64,000 nt of DNA from NCBI GenBank assembly GCA_963734495.1, contig CAVTHK010000002.1:96001-160000 (forward strand), in the 5' to 3' direction. Source of the DNA: an uncultured Spirochaetota bacterium (GTDB lineage Bacteria > Spirochaetota > Spirochaetia > SZUA-6 > CAVTHK01). This document shows, piece by piece, positions 19,133-29,672 of this stretch (position 1 is its first letter; every line of letters starts with the position of its first letter). A model generated the notes under the pieces. The model was not told the DNA's origin. It made no database searches and saw only the letters and a program-made list of their open reading frames with translations. The position numbers and the translations under genes were made by a program.

Positions 19133-20782
19133 ATGGAACCGGAGCCGCCCCGCGTCTGGGAAACCGGACGGGGCCTCACGGTCAGATACGGCGGAAGGCT
19201 TCTCTACTCGAGCGTCGACCCGCTGCGCGGGGTCGTGCGGCGCATGGACGCCGCGGCGCCGCGCGCGGTCCCGCCGCGGAGCCTGGTGTTCGTGCCTTCC
19301 GTCGGCCTCGGTCACGGCCTCGCGGAGCTCTTGGCGCGCACGCCGCCGAGCAGCCACATCGTGTGCGTCGAGATCGATCAGCAGCTCTTCGCGACCGCCT
19401 GCGGCCTGCGGCCGCGGCTCTTCCCGGACGACCCGCGCCTGTCGGTCGTGCGGGGCGAAGACCCCGCGGCCGTCGCGCGCATGGCTCACGGGCTCGGCCT
19501 GGGGCGCTTCCGCCGCGTGCTCAGCGTCCCGCTGTGCGCGGGCTACGACGCGGAGCGGCAGCGCTACGACCGCATCGCGGACGCCCTGCGCGACGCGGTC
19601 CGCGTGCACTGGCAGAACAGGATGACGCTCATCCGCATGGGGCGGCTCTGGGTGCGCAATCTCATCGCCAACATCGCGGCACTCCCGCAGGCGGCGGACT
19701 GGACCGCGCTGCGCTGCGAAGGGCCGATCCTCGTCGTCGGCGCGGGCCCGTCGCTCGAACAGCGGCTGGACTGGATCGCCGCCCACCGCGATCGGCTGCG
19801 CGTGCTCGCGGTCGACACCGCGCTCCCGGTGCTCGCGGACGCGGGCCTGCGACCGGACATCGTGTTCGCCCTCGAGGCGCAGTGGCTGAACCTCGAGGAC
19901 TTCCTCGGCGCGAGCCTCGACGAGTGCAGCCTGGTCGCCGACATCACCGCGACGCCGTCGCTGCTGCGTCGAGCGCCGCGCCTCTACCTGTGCGCGTCGC
20001 GATTCGCTCCGATCGCGCTTCTCTCGCGGCTCGAGGCTGCGGGCCTGAGCCCCGGCGCGATCCCTCCGCTCGGCTCGGTGGGCGTGGCTGCGCTCCACCT
20101 GGCTCTCGGGCTCACCGCGGGCCCGGTGCTCGCGGCGGGCCTCGACTTCGCCTACAGCGGCGGGAGGACGCACGCGCGGGGGGCGCCGGCGATGCGGGCC
20201 GCTCTCGCCGCGGCCAGCCGCCTCGCGCCCGCGGATTCCACGGCCGCCGCGGCCCTGCTCGGCCGGCGTCTGCTGCGCGTAGCGGACAAGCGCGGCGAGC
20301 CGACGCTGAGCGACCTGGTGCTGCAGGGCTACGCGCGCGAGGCGTCCCGAGTCGCCGGCGCCGCGGACGGGCAGGCGGGGCGCGTGATCGATCTCGACGC
20401 CGCGGGCCTGGACAAGGGCGGGCATCCGTTGGACCAGGGGCTGCCCGCGGCCTGGCCCCGCCTCGCGCGTCCGGCGCGCCCCGCGCCCGCAGCGCCGCGC
20501 TGGGGCCGCGAGGCGGTGGCCCGCTTCGCCGCCGCGGAGCGCGAGCGGCTCGCCGCCGCTGCCGGCCTGCTCGAGCGGCTGCTCGCGTCGCCGGCCGCCG
20601 GCGCGCTCGACACGCAGGCGGGGAGCCTTCTTCGTGAAGTGGATTACCTGTACCTGGACTTCCCCGACACGTCGCCGCTTCCGAGCGCGGAGCCGCGCTT
20701 TCTCGAGCGCCTGGCGCGATCGGCGGGCGCTGCCGCGCGCTGGTGGGAGCAGAGCAGCGGGCTCATCGATCGGGAAGGGTAG
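19133..20782 (+). CDS. DUF115 / Maf (motility associated factor) family protein
   Basis: WVRNLIAN, VVGAGPSL, AVDTAL..L...G.RPD, GSVG, GLDFAY..G.TH motifs. Confidence 0.82.
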   Translation: MEPEPPRVWETGRGLTVRYGGRLLYSSVDPLRGVVRRMDAAAPRAVPPRSLVFVPSVGLGHGLAELLARTPPSSHIVCVEIDQQLFATACGLRPRLFPDDPRLSVVRGEDPAAVARMAHGLGLGRFRRVLSVPLCAGYDAERQRYDRIADALRDAVRVHWQNRMTLIRMGRLWVRNLIANIAALPQAADWTALRCEGPILVVGAGPSLEQRLDWIAAHRDRLRVLAVDTALPVLADAGLRPDIVFALEAQWLNLEDFLGASLDECSLVADITATPSLLRRAPRLYLCASRFAPIALLSRLEAAGLSPGAIPPLGSVGVAALHLALGLTAGPVLAAGLDFAYSGGRTHARGAPAMRAALAAASRLAPADSTAAAALLGRRLLRVADKRGEPTLSDLVLQGYAREASRVAGAADGQAGRVIDLDAAGLDKGGHPLDQGLPAAWPRLARPARPAPAAPRWGREAVARFAAAERERLAAAAGLLERLLASPAAGALDTQAGSLLREVDYLYLDFPDTSPLPSAEPRFLERLARSAGAAARWWEQSSGLIDREG

Positions 20783-20844
20783 GCGACGAGGGCGCGCTCT
20801 GCGGGCGGAGCGCGCGGATGACCGCGCCCGCCGCGCCTCCGCGC

Positions 20845-22647
20845 TCAGTCGTCCGTGGTCTTCAGCACCGAGAGAAAGGCGCTCTGCGGCAGCTCGACCG
20901 AGCCGACCATCTTGAGCCGCTTCTTGCCTTCCTTCTGCTTCTCGAGGAGCTTCTTCTTCCGCGTGATGTCGCCGCCGTAGCACTTGGCCGTGACGTCCTT
21001 GCGCACGGCGTTGACGGTCTCGCGGGCGATGATCTGGCCGCCGATGGCGCCCTGGATCGGGATCTTGAACTGGTGGCGCGGGATCTCGTCCCGGAGCTTC
21101 TCGCAGACGCGGCGCGCCCGGGCATAGGCGTTGCCCTTGAACAGGAGCATGGACAGGGCGTCGACCGGCTCGCTGTTGATCAGGATGTCCACCTTGACCA
21201 GCTCGGTCGCGCGGTAGTCGATCATTTCGTAGTCGAAGGACGCGTAGCCCCTGGAGATGCTCTTGAGGCGGTCGTAGAAGTCGAAGATCACATCGGCGAG
21301 CGGCATCGCGTAGACGAGCTCGACGCGCTTCTCGTCGAGGTAGGTGAGCGACGTCTGCGTGCCGCGCTTTTCCAGGCAGAGGTTGATGATGACGCCGACG
21401 TACTGGCTCGGCGTGATGATCGTGGCGCGGATGAAAGGCTCCTCGGTCTTCTCGATCTGGCCGGGGTCCGGGTAGGTGGACGGGTTGTCGATCTCGACGT
21501 TCGTGCCGTTCGACAGGAGGATGCGGTAGCGCACCGACGGCGAGGTGAACACGATGTTCAGGTCGAACTCGCGCTCGAGGCGCTCCTGCACGATCTCCAG
21601 GTGCAGCAGGCCGAGGAACCCGCAGCGGAAGCCGAACCCCAGCGCCGCCGACGAGTCCTTGTCGTAGACGAGCGAAGCGTCGTTGAGCTTGAGCTTCTCG
21701 AGCCCCGCGGCGAGCTCGTTGTAGTCGTTGGCGTCGACCGGGTAGATCGAGGAGAAGACGACGGGCTTGACGCGCTTGAAGCCGGGGAGCGCGGCGGCGC
21801 ACGGGCGGGCGTGGTCCGTGAGCGTGTCGCCGACGCTGACCTCCGAGATGGTCCTGAGGCCCGCGATGAGATAGCCCACCTGGCCCGCCTCGAGCTGCGG
21901 CTGGGGGGCGAGCCCGAGCCTGAAGATCCCCGTCTCCTCGACCTTGTGCGCCGCATTGCTCGACCAGAGGCGCACCTGCTGGCCCGGCTTGATCACGCCG
22001 TCGAAGACGCGCACGTGCACGACCACGCCCCGGTAGGCGTCGTACTGGGAGTCGAAGACGATCGCCCGCGTCGGCGCTTCGGCCGACCCTTTCGGCTGCG
22101 GGATGCGCTCGACCAGCGCCTCGAGCAGATCGTCGACGCCCTGGCCGGTCTTGCCGGAGACCAGCAGCGCGCCGTCGGGGTCGAGGCCGAGGTCGTGCTC
22201 GATCTGGTGCCTGACCCCGGGGATGTCGGCGCTCGGGAGGTCGATCTTGTTGATCACCGGTATGATCTCGAGGTTGTGCTCCATCGCGAGAAACAGGTTG
22301 GACAGCGTCTGCGCCTCGACGCCCTGGCTGGCGTCGATCAGCAGGATCGCCCCCTCGCAGGCCGCGAGCGCCCGGGAGACCTCATAGGTAAAGTCCACGT
22401 GGCCCGGCGTGTCGACCAGGTTCAGGCGGTAGCTCTTTCCCGCGCGGCTCGTGTAGGGGATGGTCACCGCCTGGCTCTTGATCGTGATGCCCCGCTCCCG
22501 CTCGATGTCCATGTTGTCGAGGAGCTGATCGTGGAAGTCGCGGTCCGAGATCAGGCCGCCCTTCTGGATAAAGCGGTCGGCAAGCGTCGACTTGCCGTGG
22601 TCGATGTGGGCGATGATGCAGAAGTTGCGGATGTCGTCGGATGCCAT
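20845..22647 (-). CDS. lepA: Elongation factor 4 LepA
   Basis: IRNFCIIAHIDHGKSTL, GFRCGFLGLLH, KCYGGDITRKKKLLEKQKEGK. Confidence 0.97.
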   Translation of the reverse strand: MASDDIRNFCIIAHIDHGKSTLADRFIQKGGLISDRDFHDQLLDNMDIERERGITIKSQAVTIPYTSRAGKSYRLNLVDTPGHVDFTYEVSRALAACEGAILLIDASQGVEAQTLSNLFLAMEHNLEIIPVINKIDLPSADIPGVRHQIEHDLGLDPDGALLVSGKTGQGVDDLLEALVERIPQPKGSAEAPTRAIVFDSQYDAYRGVVVHVRVFDGVIKPGQQVRLWSSNAAHKVEETGIFRLGLAPQPQLEAGQVGYLIAGLRTISEVSVGDTLTDHARPCAAALPGFKRVKPVVFSSIYPVDANDYNELAAGLEKLKLNDASLVYDKDSSAALGFGFRCGFLGLLHLEIVQERLEREFDLNIVFTSPSVRYRILLSNGTNVEIDNPSTYPDPGQIEKTEEPFIRATIITPSQYVGVIINLCLEKRGTQTSLTYLDEKRVELVYAMPLADVIFDFYDRLKSISRGYASFDYEMIDYRATELVKVDILINSEPVDALSMLLFKGNAYARARRVCEKLRDEIPRHQFKIPIQGAIGGQIIARETVNAVRKDVTAKCYGGDITRKKKLLEKQKEGKKRLKMVGSVELPQSAFLSVLKTTDD

Positions 22648-22777
22648 GGGGGCCGGTCGCGCCGGCCGGGTGAATATACCCGGAAGCGACGGGAGCATCA
22701 ACGCGGCCGACCGGAACGACCGGAGCGCCGCGAAGAGAGCGGCGGCCCTGGATCCAGCCTGCAGCCGACGCGCTTGG

Positions 22778-22806
22778 TTGACACGCGCGCGGGCCTTTCC
22801 TATCAA
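22778..22806 (+). promoter_or_regulatory. sigma70 promoter for mannosidase
   Basis: TTGACA-17-TATCAA; AAGGAGG SD downstream. Confidence 0.55.
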
Positions 22807-22830
22807 TGCCGCACGCTCAAGGAGGAGCCC

Positions 22831-25800
22831 GTGCAGGACTGGGAAGTCAAGCTGTATGAGCAGCGCGTCGCCAAGCTGATCGCCGCCCTCGAGCGGCTGT
22901 TCTACGAGGCGAGGAGCCCCTTCGACCTCCGCTTCCGTGTCTCCGACAAGCCGGTCCCGTTCGCCGAGCGGGAAAAGGGCGGGCTCGCGCCGATCCGCGC
23001 CGGGGACGCATGGGGACGCACCTGGCAGTCGGCGTGGTTCCACGCCCGCGGCCGCGTGCCCGCCGAATGGAAGGGCCGCCTGGTCGTCGCGCTCATCAAC
23101 CTGACGGGCGAGAGCTGCCTCTTCGACGGGAACGGGACGCCGCTCTACGGCCTGACTGGATTTTCCGTGCTGAAGAACGACTACTTCCGGGAGCGCTACG
23201 AGATCGCCCGCCCGGCGCGCGGGGGCGAAGAGGTCGAGCTCTGGATCGAGGCGTCGGCAAGCGGCCTCTTCGGTGTCACGCTGAACAAGGAGCCCGACCC
23301 CGCGGACCCGGCCCGCTTCGGCGTCTTCGAGGCGAAGGTCAAGGACGCGTCCCTCGCGGTCTTCCGCGAGGACATCTGGCACCTGTGGCTCGACTGCCGC
23401 GTGCTCGCCGACCAGATGGAGGCGCTGCCCGCCCGCTCCGTGCGCCGCGCCCGGATCCTCCGCGCGTTCTGCGACGTCGCCGACCGCTTCAGCCCCGACG
23501 ACCCGTCGCCCGACGCCGTGGCGTCGGCCCGGGCGCGCCTCGCCGCAGTGCTGGCCCTGCCGGCCTCCGCCTCGAGCCTGACGACGCGCGCCGTGGGCCA
23601 TGCCCACATCGACACCGCGTGGCTCTGGCCCCTCTCGGAGACGATCCGCAAGGTCGGCCGCACGTTTTCCACGCAGGTGGCGCTGACGCAGCGCTACCCC
23701 GGCTACGTCTTCGGCGCCTCGCAGCCTCAGCTCTACCAGTTCGCGAAGGACCACTACCCCGCCCTCTATGAGAAAGTGAAGGCGGCCGTCCGCGACAAGC
23801 GCTGGGAGCCGCAGGGCGCGATGTGGGTGGAGGCCGACGCGAACCTGATCAGCGGCGAGTCGATGGTGCGCCAGATCCTGCACGGCAAGAACTTCTACCT
23901 CGACGAGTTCGGCATCGAGGTCCGCAACCTGTGGCTGCCGGACGTCTTTGGCTACTCGGCCGCTCTGCCCCAGATCCTGCGCAAGGCGGGCGTCGACGTG
24001 TTCCTCACGCAGAAGATCTCGTGGAGCCAGGTCAACAAGTTCCCGCACCACACCTTCCGCTGGATCGGCATCGACGGCACGGACATCCTGGTGCACTTCC
24101 CGCCGGAGGACACCTACAACAGCATGATGCACGCCTCCGGCCTCATGATGGCGGCCGAGAACTTCATCGAGCGCGACTCGCTCGACGAGTTCATGACGCT
24201 CTTCGGCATCGGGGACGGCGGCGGCGGCCCGACCGAGGAGAACATCGAGATGGGCCTGCGGCAGAGCGACCTCGAAGGGTCGCCCAAGGTGACCTTCGGC
24301 CCGGCCCAGGAGGCGCTCGACCGCCTGCAGGCGCGAAAGGGCGAGCTCGCCGAGTGGGTGGGCGAGCTGTACCTCGAGCTGCACCGCGGGACCCTCACGA
24401 CGCAGGCGCGCAACAAGCGCATGAACCGCCTCATGGAGTACCGACTTCGCGACGTCGAGGTCCTCTGGTCCTGCCTCGCCATCGAGCGGTACCCGCGGGC
24501 CGAGCTCGAGAGGCTCTGGAAGCTGCTGCTGCTCAACCAGTTCCACGACATCATCCCCGGCTCGAGCATCAACCAGGTCTACGTCGACAGTCAGGCCCAG
24601 TACCGCGAGATCGACGCGCGCACGGCCGAGCTGCTGCGCGGCGCCGCCTCGTCGCTGTTCGCCGCGGACGGCGACGCCGTGACGATCGTCAACACGACCG
24701 GGGCCGCGTTCGACGGTCCCGTGCGGCTGCCGGACGGCTGGGCGGGCCGCGCGGTCACCGACGAGAGCGGCGCGGCCGTCGAGCTGCAGAGCGAGGGGGA
24801 GGCGGCCTGGGCGTCGCCGGGGGTGCCGCCGCGCGGCCTGCGCACGCTGCGTCGCGGTGCCGCCGCGCCGGCGCCGGCGGCCGGCGGCGGACCCGCGCGG
24901 TCCGGCGGCGGCCCGGTGCTGGAGAACGACCTCGTGCGGTACACCTTTGACGCTTCGGGCGTCCTCACCTCCGCGTGGGACAAGGAGGAGCAGCGCGAAG
25001 CCCTGGTCAAGCCCGTGGAGCTCCAGCTCTTCGAGGACGCGCCGGTCAACTGGGAAGCCTGGGACGTGGACATCTTCTACGAGAACCAGCTCCGCGAGGT
25101 GCTGCGGCCGGTCGCCTGCGAGCCGTTTGGCGGGCCGGTGAGGCAGGGGCTGCGCCTCGCCTACCGGTTCGGCCGCTCGACCCTCGAGCAGGAGGTCGTG
25201 CTCGCGCGGGGATCGAAAAGGCTCGACTTCGTGACCCGGGCCGACTGGCACGAGCGGCGGCGCATGCTGCGCGCGGCGTTCTTTACCGGCCTCGTCAACG
25301 GGAGCGCCCGCTTCGACATCCAGTTCGGCACGCTCGAGCGGCCGTCGCACCGCAACACGAGCTGGGACCGCGCGCGCTTCGAGGCCGCCGGGCACCGGTT
25401 CGCGGACCTCTCGTCCGGCGGCTGGGGCGTGGCGGTGCTCAATGACTGCAAGTACGGCTACAAGGTGGTGGGCGGCGAGATCAGCCTCAACCTTCTGCGG
25501 GGCACCGTGCATCCCGACCCGGACGCGGACCAGGGCAGCCACACCTTCACCTACAGCCTGCTCCCGCACGCGGGCGACCTCGGCGATTCCCGCGTGTTCG
25601 CCGAGGCGACGAACCTGAACCAGCCGCCCCTGGTCTTCGGAGGCCTAGCCGCGCGCGGCAAGGAGCTTCCCCTCCCGGTTTCCGTCGAGGGCGACGGCGT
25701 GGTCTTCGAGGTCCTCAAGAAGGCGGAGCGCGAGGAGGCGTGGGTGCTGCGCGCGTGGGAGTGCCGCGGCCGCCGCGCCGTGGCAAGGCTCGCCGTGACG

Positions 25801-25941
25801 GGAAAGGCCGCCTGCAAGGAGACCGACCTCATGGAGCGCGACCTGAACGAGATCCCGCTCGAAGGCGGCGGCGCGAGCGTCGCGCTGCGGCCCTTCGACG
25901 TGCGCACTTTCAAGATCACGGCGAGCCGGTCGCGGCGGTGA
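22831..25941 (+). CDS. Alpha-mannosidase (GH38)
   Basis: GHAHIDTAWLW, WLPDVFGYS, GDGGGGP, ELHRGT, NQFHDIIPGSSI, LNDCKYG. Confidence 0.95.
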   Translation: MQDWEVKLYEQRVAKLIAALERLFYEARSPFDLRFRVSDKPVPFAEREKGGLAPIRAGDAWGRTWQSAWFHARGRVPAEWKGRLVVALINLTGESCLFDGNGTPLYGLTGFSVLKNDYFRERYEIARPARGGEEVELWIEASASGLFGVTLNKEPDPADPARFGVFEAKVKDASLAVFREDIWHLWLDCRVLADQMEALPARSVRRARILRAFCDVADRFSPDDPSPDAVASARARLAAVLALPASASSLTTRAVGHAHIDTAWLWPLSETIRKVGRTFSTQVALTQRYPGYVFGASQPQLYQFAKDHYPALYEKVKAAVRDKRWEPQGAMWVEADANLISGESMVRQILHGKNFYLDEFGIEVRNLWLPDVFGYSAALPQILRKAGVDVFLTQKISWSQVNKFPHHTFRWIGIDGTDILVHFPPEDTYNSMMHASGLMMAAENFIERDSLDEFMTLFGIGDGGGGPTEENIEMGLRQSDLEGSPKVTFGPAQEALDRLQARKGELAEWVGELYLELHRGTLTTQARNKRMNRLMEYRLRDVEVLWSCLAIERYPRAELERLWKLLLLNQFHDIIPGSSINQVYVDSQAQYREIDARTAELLRGAASSLFAADGDAVTIVNTTGAAFDGPVRLPDGWAGRAVTDESGAAVELQSEGEAAWASPGVPPRGLRTLRRGAAAPAPAAGGGPARSGGGPVLENDLVRYTFDASGVLTSAWDKEEQREALVKPVELQLFEDAPVNWEAWDVDIFYENQLREVLRPVACEPFGGPVRQGLRLAYRFGRSTLEQEVVLARGSKRLDFVTRADWHERRRMLRAAFFTGLVNGSARFDIQFGTLERPSHRNTSWDRARFEAAGHRFADLSSGGWGVAVLNDCKYGYKVVGGEISLNLLRGTVHPDPDADQGSHTFTYSLLPHAGDLGDSRVFAEATNLNQPPLVFGGLAARGKELPLPVSVEGDGVVFEVLKKAEREEAWVLRAWECRGRRAVARLAVTGKAACKETDLMERDLNEIPLEGGGASVALRPFDVRTFKITASRSRR

Positions 25942-26421
25942 GCGGCGAGACGATCGCGCGCGCGGTGCTGGTCCTGGCCGCGGCCGCCTGCGCGGTCGTG
26001 GACGTGCGCGAGCGGCGGATCCCCGACGCGATCCTGGGGCCGGCGTTCGCCCTGGCCGCGGTCGCGCGGGTGGCCGCCGCGGCCCTGGGCGGCGGATGGA
26101 TGCCCCTCCTCGAGGGAATCGGCACCGGCGCCGCGGCGTTCGCCGTCCTGCGTGCTCGTGCGCCTCGTGAGCCGCGGGAGGCTCGGGCCCGGCGACGCAA
26201 AGCTCTCCGCCCTGATCGGCTTCGTGCTCGGCCTGAGAGGCTGGCTCGTCGCCATGCTGGCCGCCTCCTTCGCGGGCACCGCCGTCGCGCTGGCCCTCAT
26301 CGCCGCGGGCAGGCTGCGGCGCAGCGACCCCCTCGCGTTCGCGCCGTTCCTCGCCGCGGGTGTCGTGGTCGCGCTGCTGCTCGACGGCGCGCTGCGGACC
26401 GCGCTCCTTTCCTCGAGTTGA
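25938..26421 (+). CDS. Prepilin peptidase, A24 family (peptidase domain only); frameshift near 26150
   Basis: DVRERRIPD and LGPGDAKL aspartate motifs, LAFAPFL; GTGA overlap with mannosidase. Confidence 0.82.
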
Positions 26422-26446
26422 CCGGCCGCGGGGGGCCTCTTACACT
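26418..26446 (+). promoter_or_regulatory. sigma70 promoter for ABC operon
   Basis: TTGACC-17-TACACT. Confidence 0.65.
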
Positions 26447-26463
26447 GGCGGCGGAGGGTGACC

Positions 26464-27402
26464 TTGCCTGAAACTGCGACCGCCCTGACCGTGCCCGGAC
26501 CGTCCCGGCGCGCGGGACGCGGACTGAAGCAGCGGGCGCGCCGGGACGCGCTGACGTTTCTCGCGTTCGTGGCGCCGAACTTCGTTCTTCTCGGCGTCTT
26601 CACATTCTGGCCCGTTCTCTACAGCCTGTACCTGAGCTTCCTCAAGTGGAACATGGTGGCGAAGTCGCGTCCATTCATAGGGCTCGCCAACTACCGGACG
26701 CTGATCGGCGACCGGGTCTTCTGGCTGGTGACGCGCAACACCTTCCTGCTCGCCGCGGGCACCGTGTTCATCACGCTGGCGCTCGCTCTGGCCCTGGCGG
26801 TGGCGCTGAACCGCCGCATGGCGGGGCGCGACATCTACCGGGCGATCATCTTTTCCCCGACCTTCACGACGAGCGTCGCGGTCGCGATGGTCTGGAGCTG
26901 GATCCTCGACCCGAACTACGGGCTGCTGCGCGTCTTCCTGCACGCCGCGGGCATCGCCTCGCCCAACTGGCTGGGCGACGTGCGCTGGGCCCTGCCCGCG
27001 GTCATGATGGTCGTGATCTGGAGCGGGCTCGGGTACGACATGGTCATCTTCCTGGCGGGCCTGCAGGGGATCCCCGCCGAGCTCTACGAGGCGGCCCGCG
27101 TGGACGGCGCCTCGCCCGGGCAGGTGTTCCGGAAGATCACGTTCCCGCTGCTTTCGCCGACGACCTTCTTTCTCCTGGTCATCTCCGTGATCGGAGCGCT
27201 CAAGGCCTTCGACGTCGTGGCGGTGATGACCGGCGGGGGGCCGCTCGACAGCTCCAACGTCTACGTGCTGTACCTCTACCAGAACGCCTTCAAATGGTTC
27301 AAGGCCGGATACGCGTCGGCGCTCGCGGTGGTCCTCTTCGTCGTGATCCTCCTGATCACGGCCGGCCAGATGAAGCTGTCCAAAAGGTGGGTCCACTACT
27401 GA
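26464..27402 (+). CDS. Carbohydrate ABC transporter permease (UgpA/MalF-like)
   Basis: EAA loop ELYEAARVDGA, six TM segments, TGGGP. Confidence 0.93.
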   Translation: MPETATALTVPGPSRRAGRGLKQRARRDALTFLAFVAPNFVLLGVFTFWPVLYSLYLSFLKWNMVAKSRPFIGLANYRTLIGDRVFWLVTRNTFLLAAGTVFITLALALALAVALNRRMAGRDIYRAIIFSPTFTTSVAVAMVWSWILDPNYGLLRVFLHAAGIASPNWLGDVRWALPAVMMVVIWSGLGYDMVIFLAGLQGIPAELYEAARVDGASPGQVFRKITFPLLSPTTFFLLVISVIGALKAFDVVAVMTGGGPLDSSNVYVLYLYQNAFKWFKAGYASALAVVLFVVILLITAGQMKLSKRWVHY

Positions 27403-28259
27403 TGGATGCGCGGGGGCCTCACCGCCGAACGACAGCGCGGCGCGCCGCGGGGCGCGCGGTTTCTCACATCGTGCTCATCGCGGCGAGCGTGGCCATCGGG
27501 CTGCCCTTTGTCTGGATGGTCACGACGGCGTTCAAGGGGCCGACCGAGGTCTACATCTTTCCTCCGATCTGGTGGCCGGCCGAGCCGCGCCTGGAGAACT
27601 TTGTCGAAGCCTGGGGGATCGCCCCCTTCGGCCGCTTCTACGTCAACAGCATCATCACGACCGGGGCGGGCGTCGTGCTCGAGGTGCTCATCGCGGCGCT
27701 GTCGGCGTACGCCTTTGCCCGCATCCCGTTCCGGTTCCGCGACCAGCTGTTCGTCATCATGCTCGCGGCCCTGATGATCCCCGGCCAGGTGGCGCTGATC
27801 CCGAACTACGTGGTGCTCAAGCACCTGGGGTGGATCAACACGTACGCCGGCATCGTCGTCCCGCACGTCTCGAGCGTGTTCGGGGCCTTTCTGCTGCGGC
27901 AGGCGATCCTCTCGATGCCCGCGTCGCTGTTCGACGCGGCCGAGATCGACGGGCTCGGGCACCTGCGGTCGATGCTGAGCGTCGCCCTGCCGCTGGCGCG
28001 GCCGGTCGTGGCCACGCTCTCGCTCTACCTCTTTATTTCCAAGTGGAACAGCTACCTCTGGCCGCTCATCGTGACGAACACGGAGAGCATGCGCACGCTG
28101 CCCGTCGGGCTGTCGATGGTCGAGAAGGCCGAGTACATGATCGGGCCGGAGCACCTGATGGCCGCGTCGCTGTTCGTGCTCGTGCCGGTGCTGGTCGTGT
28201 TCTTCGCGGCGCAGAAGCAGCTGATCGAAGGGATTGCGGCAGGCGCGATCAAGGGCTGA
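27402..28259 (+). CDS. Carbohydrate ABC transporter permease (UgpE/MalG-like)
   Basis: AYAFAR..F, LFDAAEIDG, WNSYLWPLI, GAIKG terminus. Confidence 0.93.
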   Translation: MDARGPHRRTTARRAAGRAVSHIVLIAASVAIGLPFVWMVTTAFKGPTEVYIFPPIWWPAEPRLENFVEAWGIAPFGRFYVNSIITTGAGVVLEVLIAALSAYAFARIPFRFRDQLFVIMLAALMIPGQVALIPNYVVLKHLGWINTYAGIVVPHVSSVFGAFLLRQAILSMPASLFDAAEIDGLGHLRSMLSVALPLARPVVATLSLYLFISKWNSYLWPLIVTNTESMRTLPVGLSMVEKAEYMIGPEHLMAASLFVLVPVLVVFFAAQKQLIEGIAAGAIKG

Positions 28260-28318
28260 AACGCCGAGCGGGCGCCCGGGCGCTCCCGGCGGGAAAACGC
28301 GTTCGAGGAGGTGTTCGA

Positions 28319-29599
28319 ATGAAATCATACGTGGTTGCGGGACTGCTGCTGGCTCTCGCGCTGGCCGCGCCCGTGGTCTTCGCTTCGCCGCAGGGCGAGA
28401 CGGCGGCCGCCGGGCCGGTCAAGATCGTGTACTGGCGCTCCGGCACCGGAGCGCAGGCCGACGCGCAGGAGGAGCTGGTCAAGCGCTTCAACGCGTCGCA
28501 GTCGCGGGTGGTGGCGGAGGCCCAGTTCCAGGGCGCCTACGCCGAAATCCTGCAGAAGCTGATGGCGGGTCTGGCCGCCAAGAGCGTTCCCGACCTCGCG
28601 CTGCTGGACTCGCCCTTCGTCGTGCTGTTCGCCAAAGACGGCGCGCTCGTCGACCTCGGCAGGTTCGCGGCTGACGCCAGGAGCGGCATCGACCTCAAGG
28701 ACTTCGTCCCGGGGTTCCTGAATGACGGCACCTATAAGGGCAAGCTCTACGCGCTGCCGTTCCTGCGCAGCACCCCGCTCGTGTACTTCAATCGCGACAT
28801 GTTCGCCTCGGCCGGCTTGCCCGACAAAGTGCCGGACACCTGGGACGACACCGTCGAGTACTCCCGCAAGATGAGCAAGCCCGACCGCTTCGGCGTCGGG
28901 TTCACGCTCGGGACCACCACGGCCCACTGGTACCTGCAGGGCGCGATCTACTCCTACGGCGGCGAGGTCTCCGACGAAGACTTCAACCCGCTGCTCGAGA
29001 AGCCGGAAGCCGTGGCCGCGGCCCAGCTCTGGCAGGACATGGTCTTCAAGGACAAGATCGCGATCCCCGGCAATGTGAGCCAGGGCGACGCGCAGAACGA
29101 CCTGCTCAATTCGCGCGTCGGCATGGCCTTCGGCTCGACCGGCAGCATGGCCAACATCTATAGCCGCGCCAAGTTCCGCGCCGGCGCCGGCTTCATGCCC
29201 GCCAAGGTCAAGCACTCGGTGCCCGTCGGCGGGTCCGTGCTCGGCATGACCAGCACGGACAAGGCGCGGCAGGCGGCCTCGTGGGAGTTCATGAAGTTCG
29301 TCACCAGCCCCGCGAGCAACGCCCTCATCGTGGTCCAGACCGGGTACCTGCCGTACACCAAGGGCGCGATGGAGCACCCGGACACGGTCGCCTATTTCCA
29401 AAAGTACCCGGAGAGAAAGGTCGCCATGGACCAGCTGCAGTACGCGCGCCCCCAGGCGAGCGTGATCTCCCTCGGCAAGGGCACGGAGATCCTGCGCCAG
29501 GCGGTCGAAAAGCTCCTGGTCGGCAACGTCCCGGCGCCGCAGGTGATGAAGGAGACCTCCGCGGACCTCCGCAAGGAGTACACGGAGTCGTTCAAGTAG
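28319..29599 (+). CDS. ABC transporter substrate-binding protein (UgpB-like)
   Basis: GGAGG SD, signal peptide ..VFASPQGE, YALPFLRSTPLVYFN, TGYLP. Confidence 0.92.
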   Translation: MKSYVVAGLLLALALAAPVVFASPQGETAAAGPVKIVYWRSGTGAQADAQEELVKRFNASQSRVVAEAQFQGAYAEILQKLMAGLAAKSVPDLALLDSPFVVLFAKDGALVDLGRFAADARSGIDLKDFVPGFLNDGTYKGKLYALPFLRSTPLVYFNRDMFASAGLPDKVPDTWDDTVEYSRKMSKPDRFGVGFTLGTTTAHWYLQGAIYSYGGEVSDEDFNPLLEKPEAVAAAQLWQDMVFKDKIAIPGNVSQGDAQNDLLNSRVGMAFGSTGSMANIYSRAKFRAGAGFMPAKVKHSVPVGGSVLGMTSTDKARQAASWEFMKFVTSPASNALIVVQTGYLPYTKGAMEHPDTVAYFQKYPERKVAMDQLQYARPQASVISLGKGTEILRQAVEKLLVGNVPAPQVMKETSADLRKEYTESFK

Positions 29600-29672
29600 A
29601 AGCGAGGCAGCCGGCCGCGGGACCGGCCCGCAGGGTCGGGCGGTCCCGCGCGCCCGGCGCGCCCCGCTGCCC

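Noticed and set aside
20743..25941. Giant overlapping ORFs (1732 aa and 1574 aa) and other long antisense ORFs such as 37720-42303
   Set aside because: Stop-poor shadow frames of high-GC genes; the real parts are lepA and the mannosidase
26464..29599. ABC transporter lacking an ATPase gene
   Set aside because: Common for CUT1 systems, which share a MsmX/MalK-type ATPase encoded elsewhere
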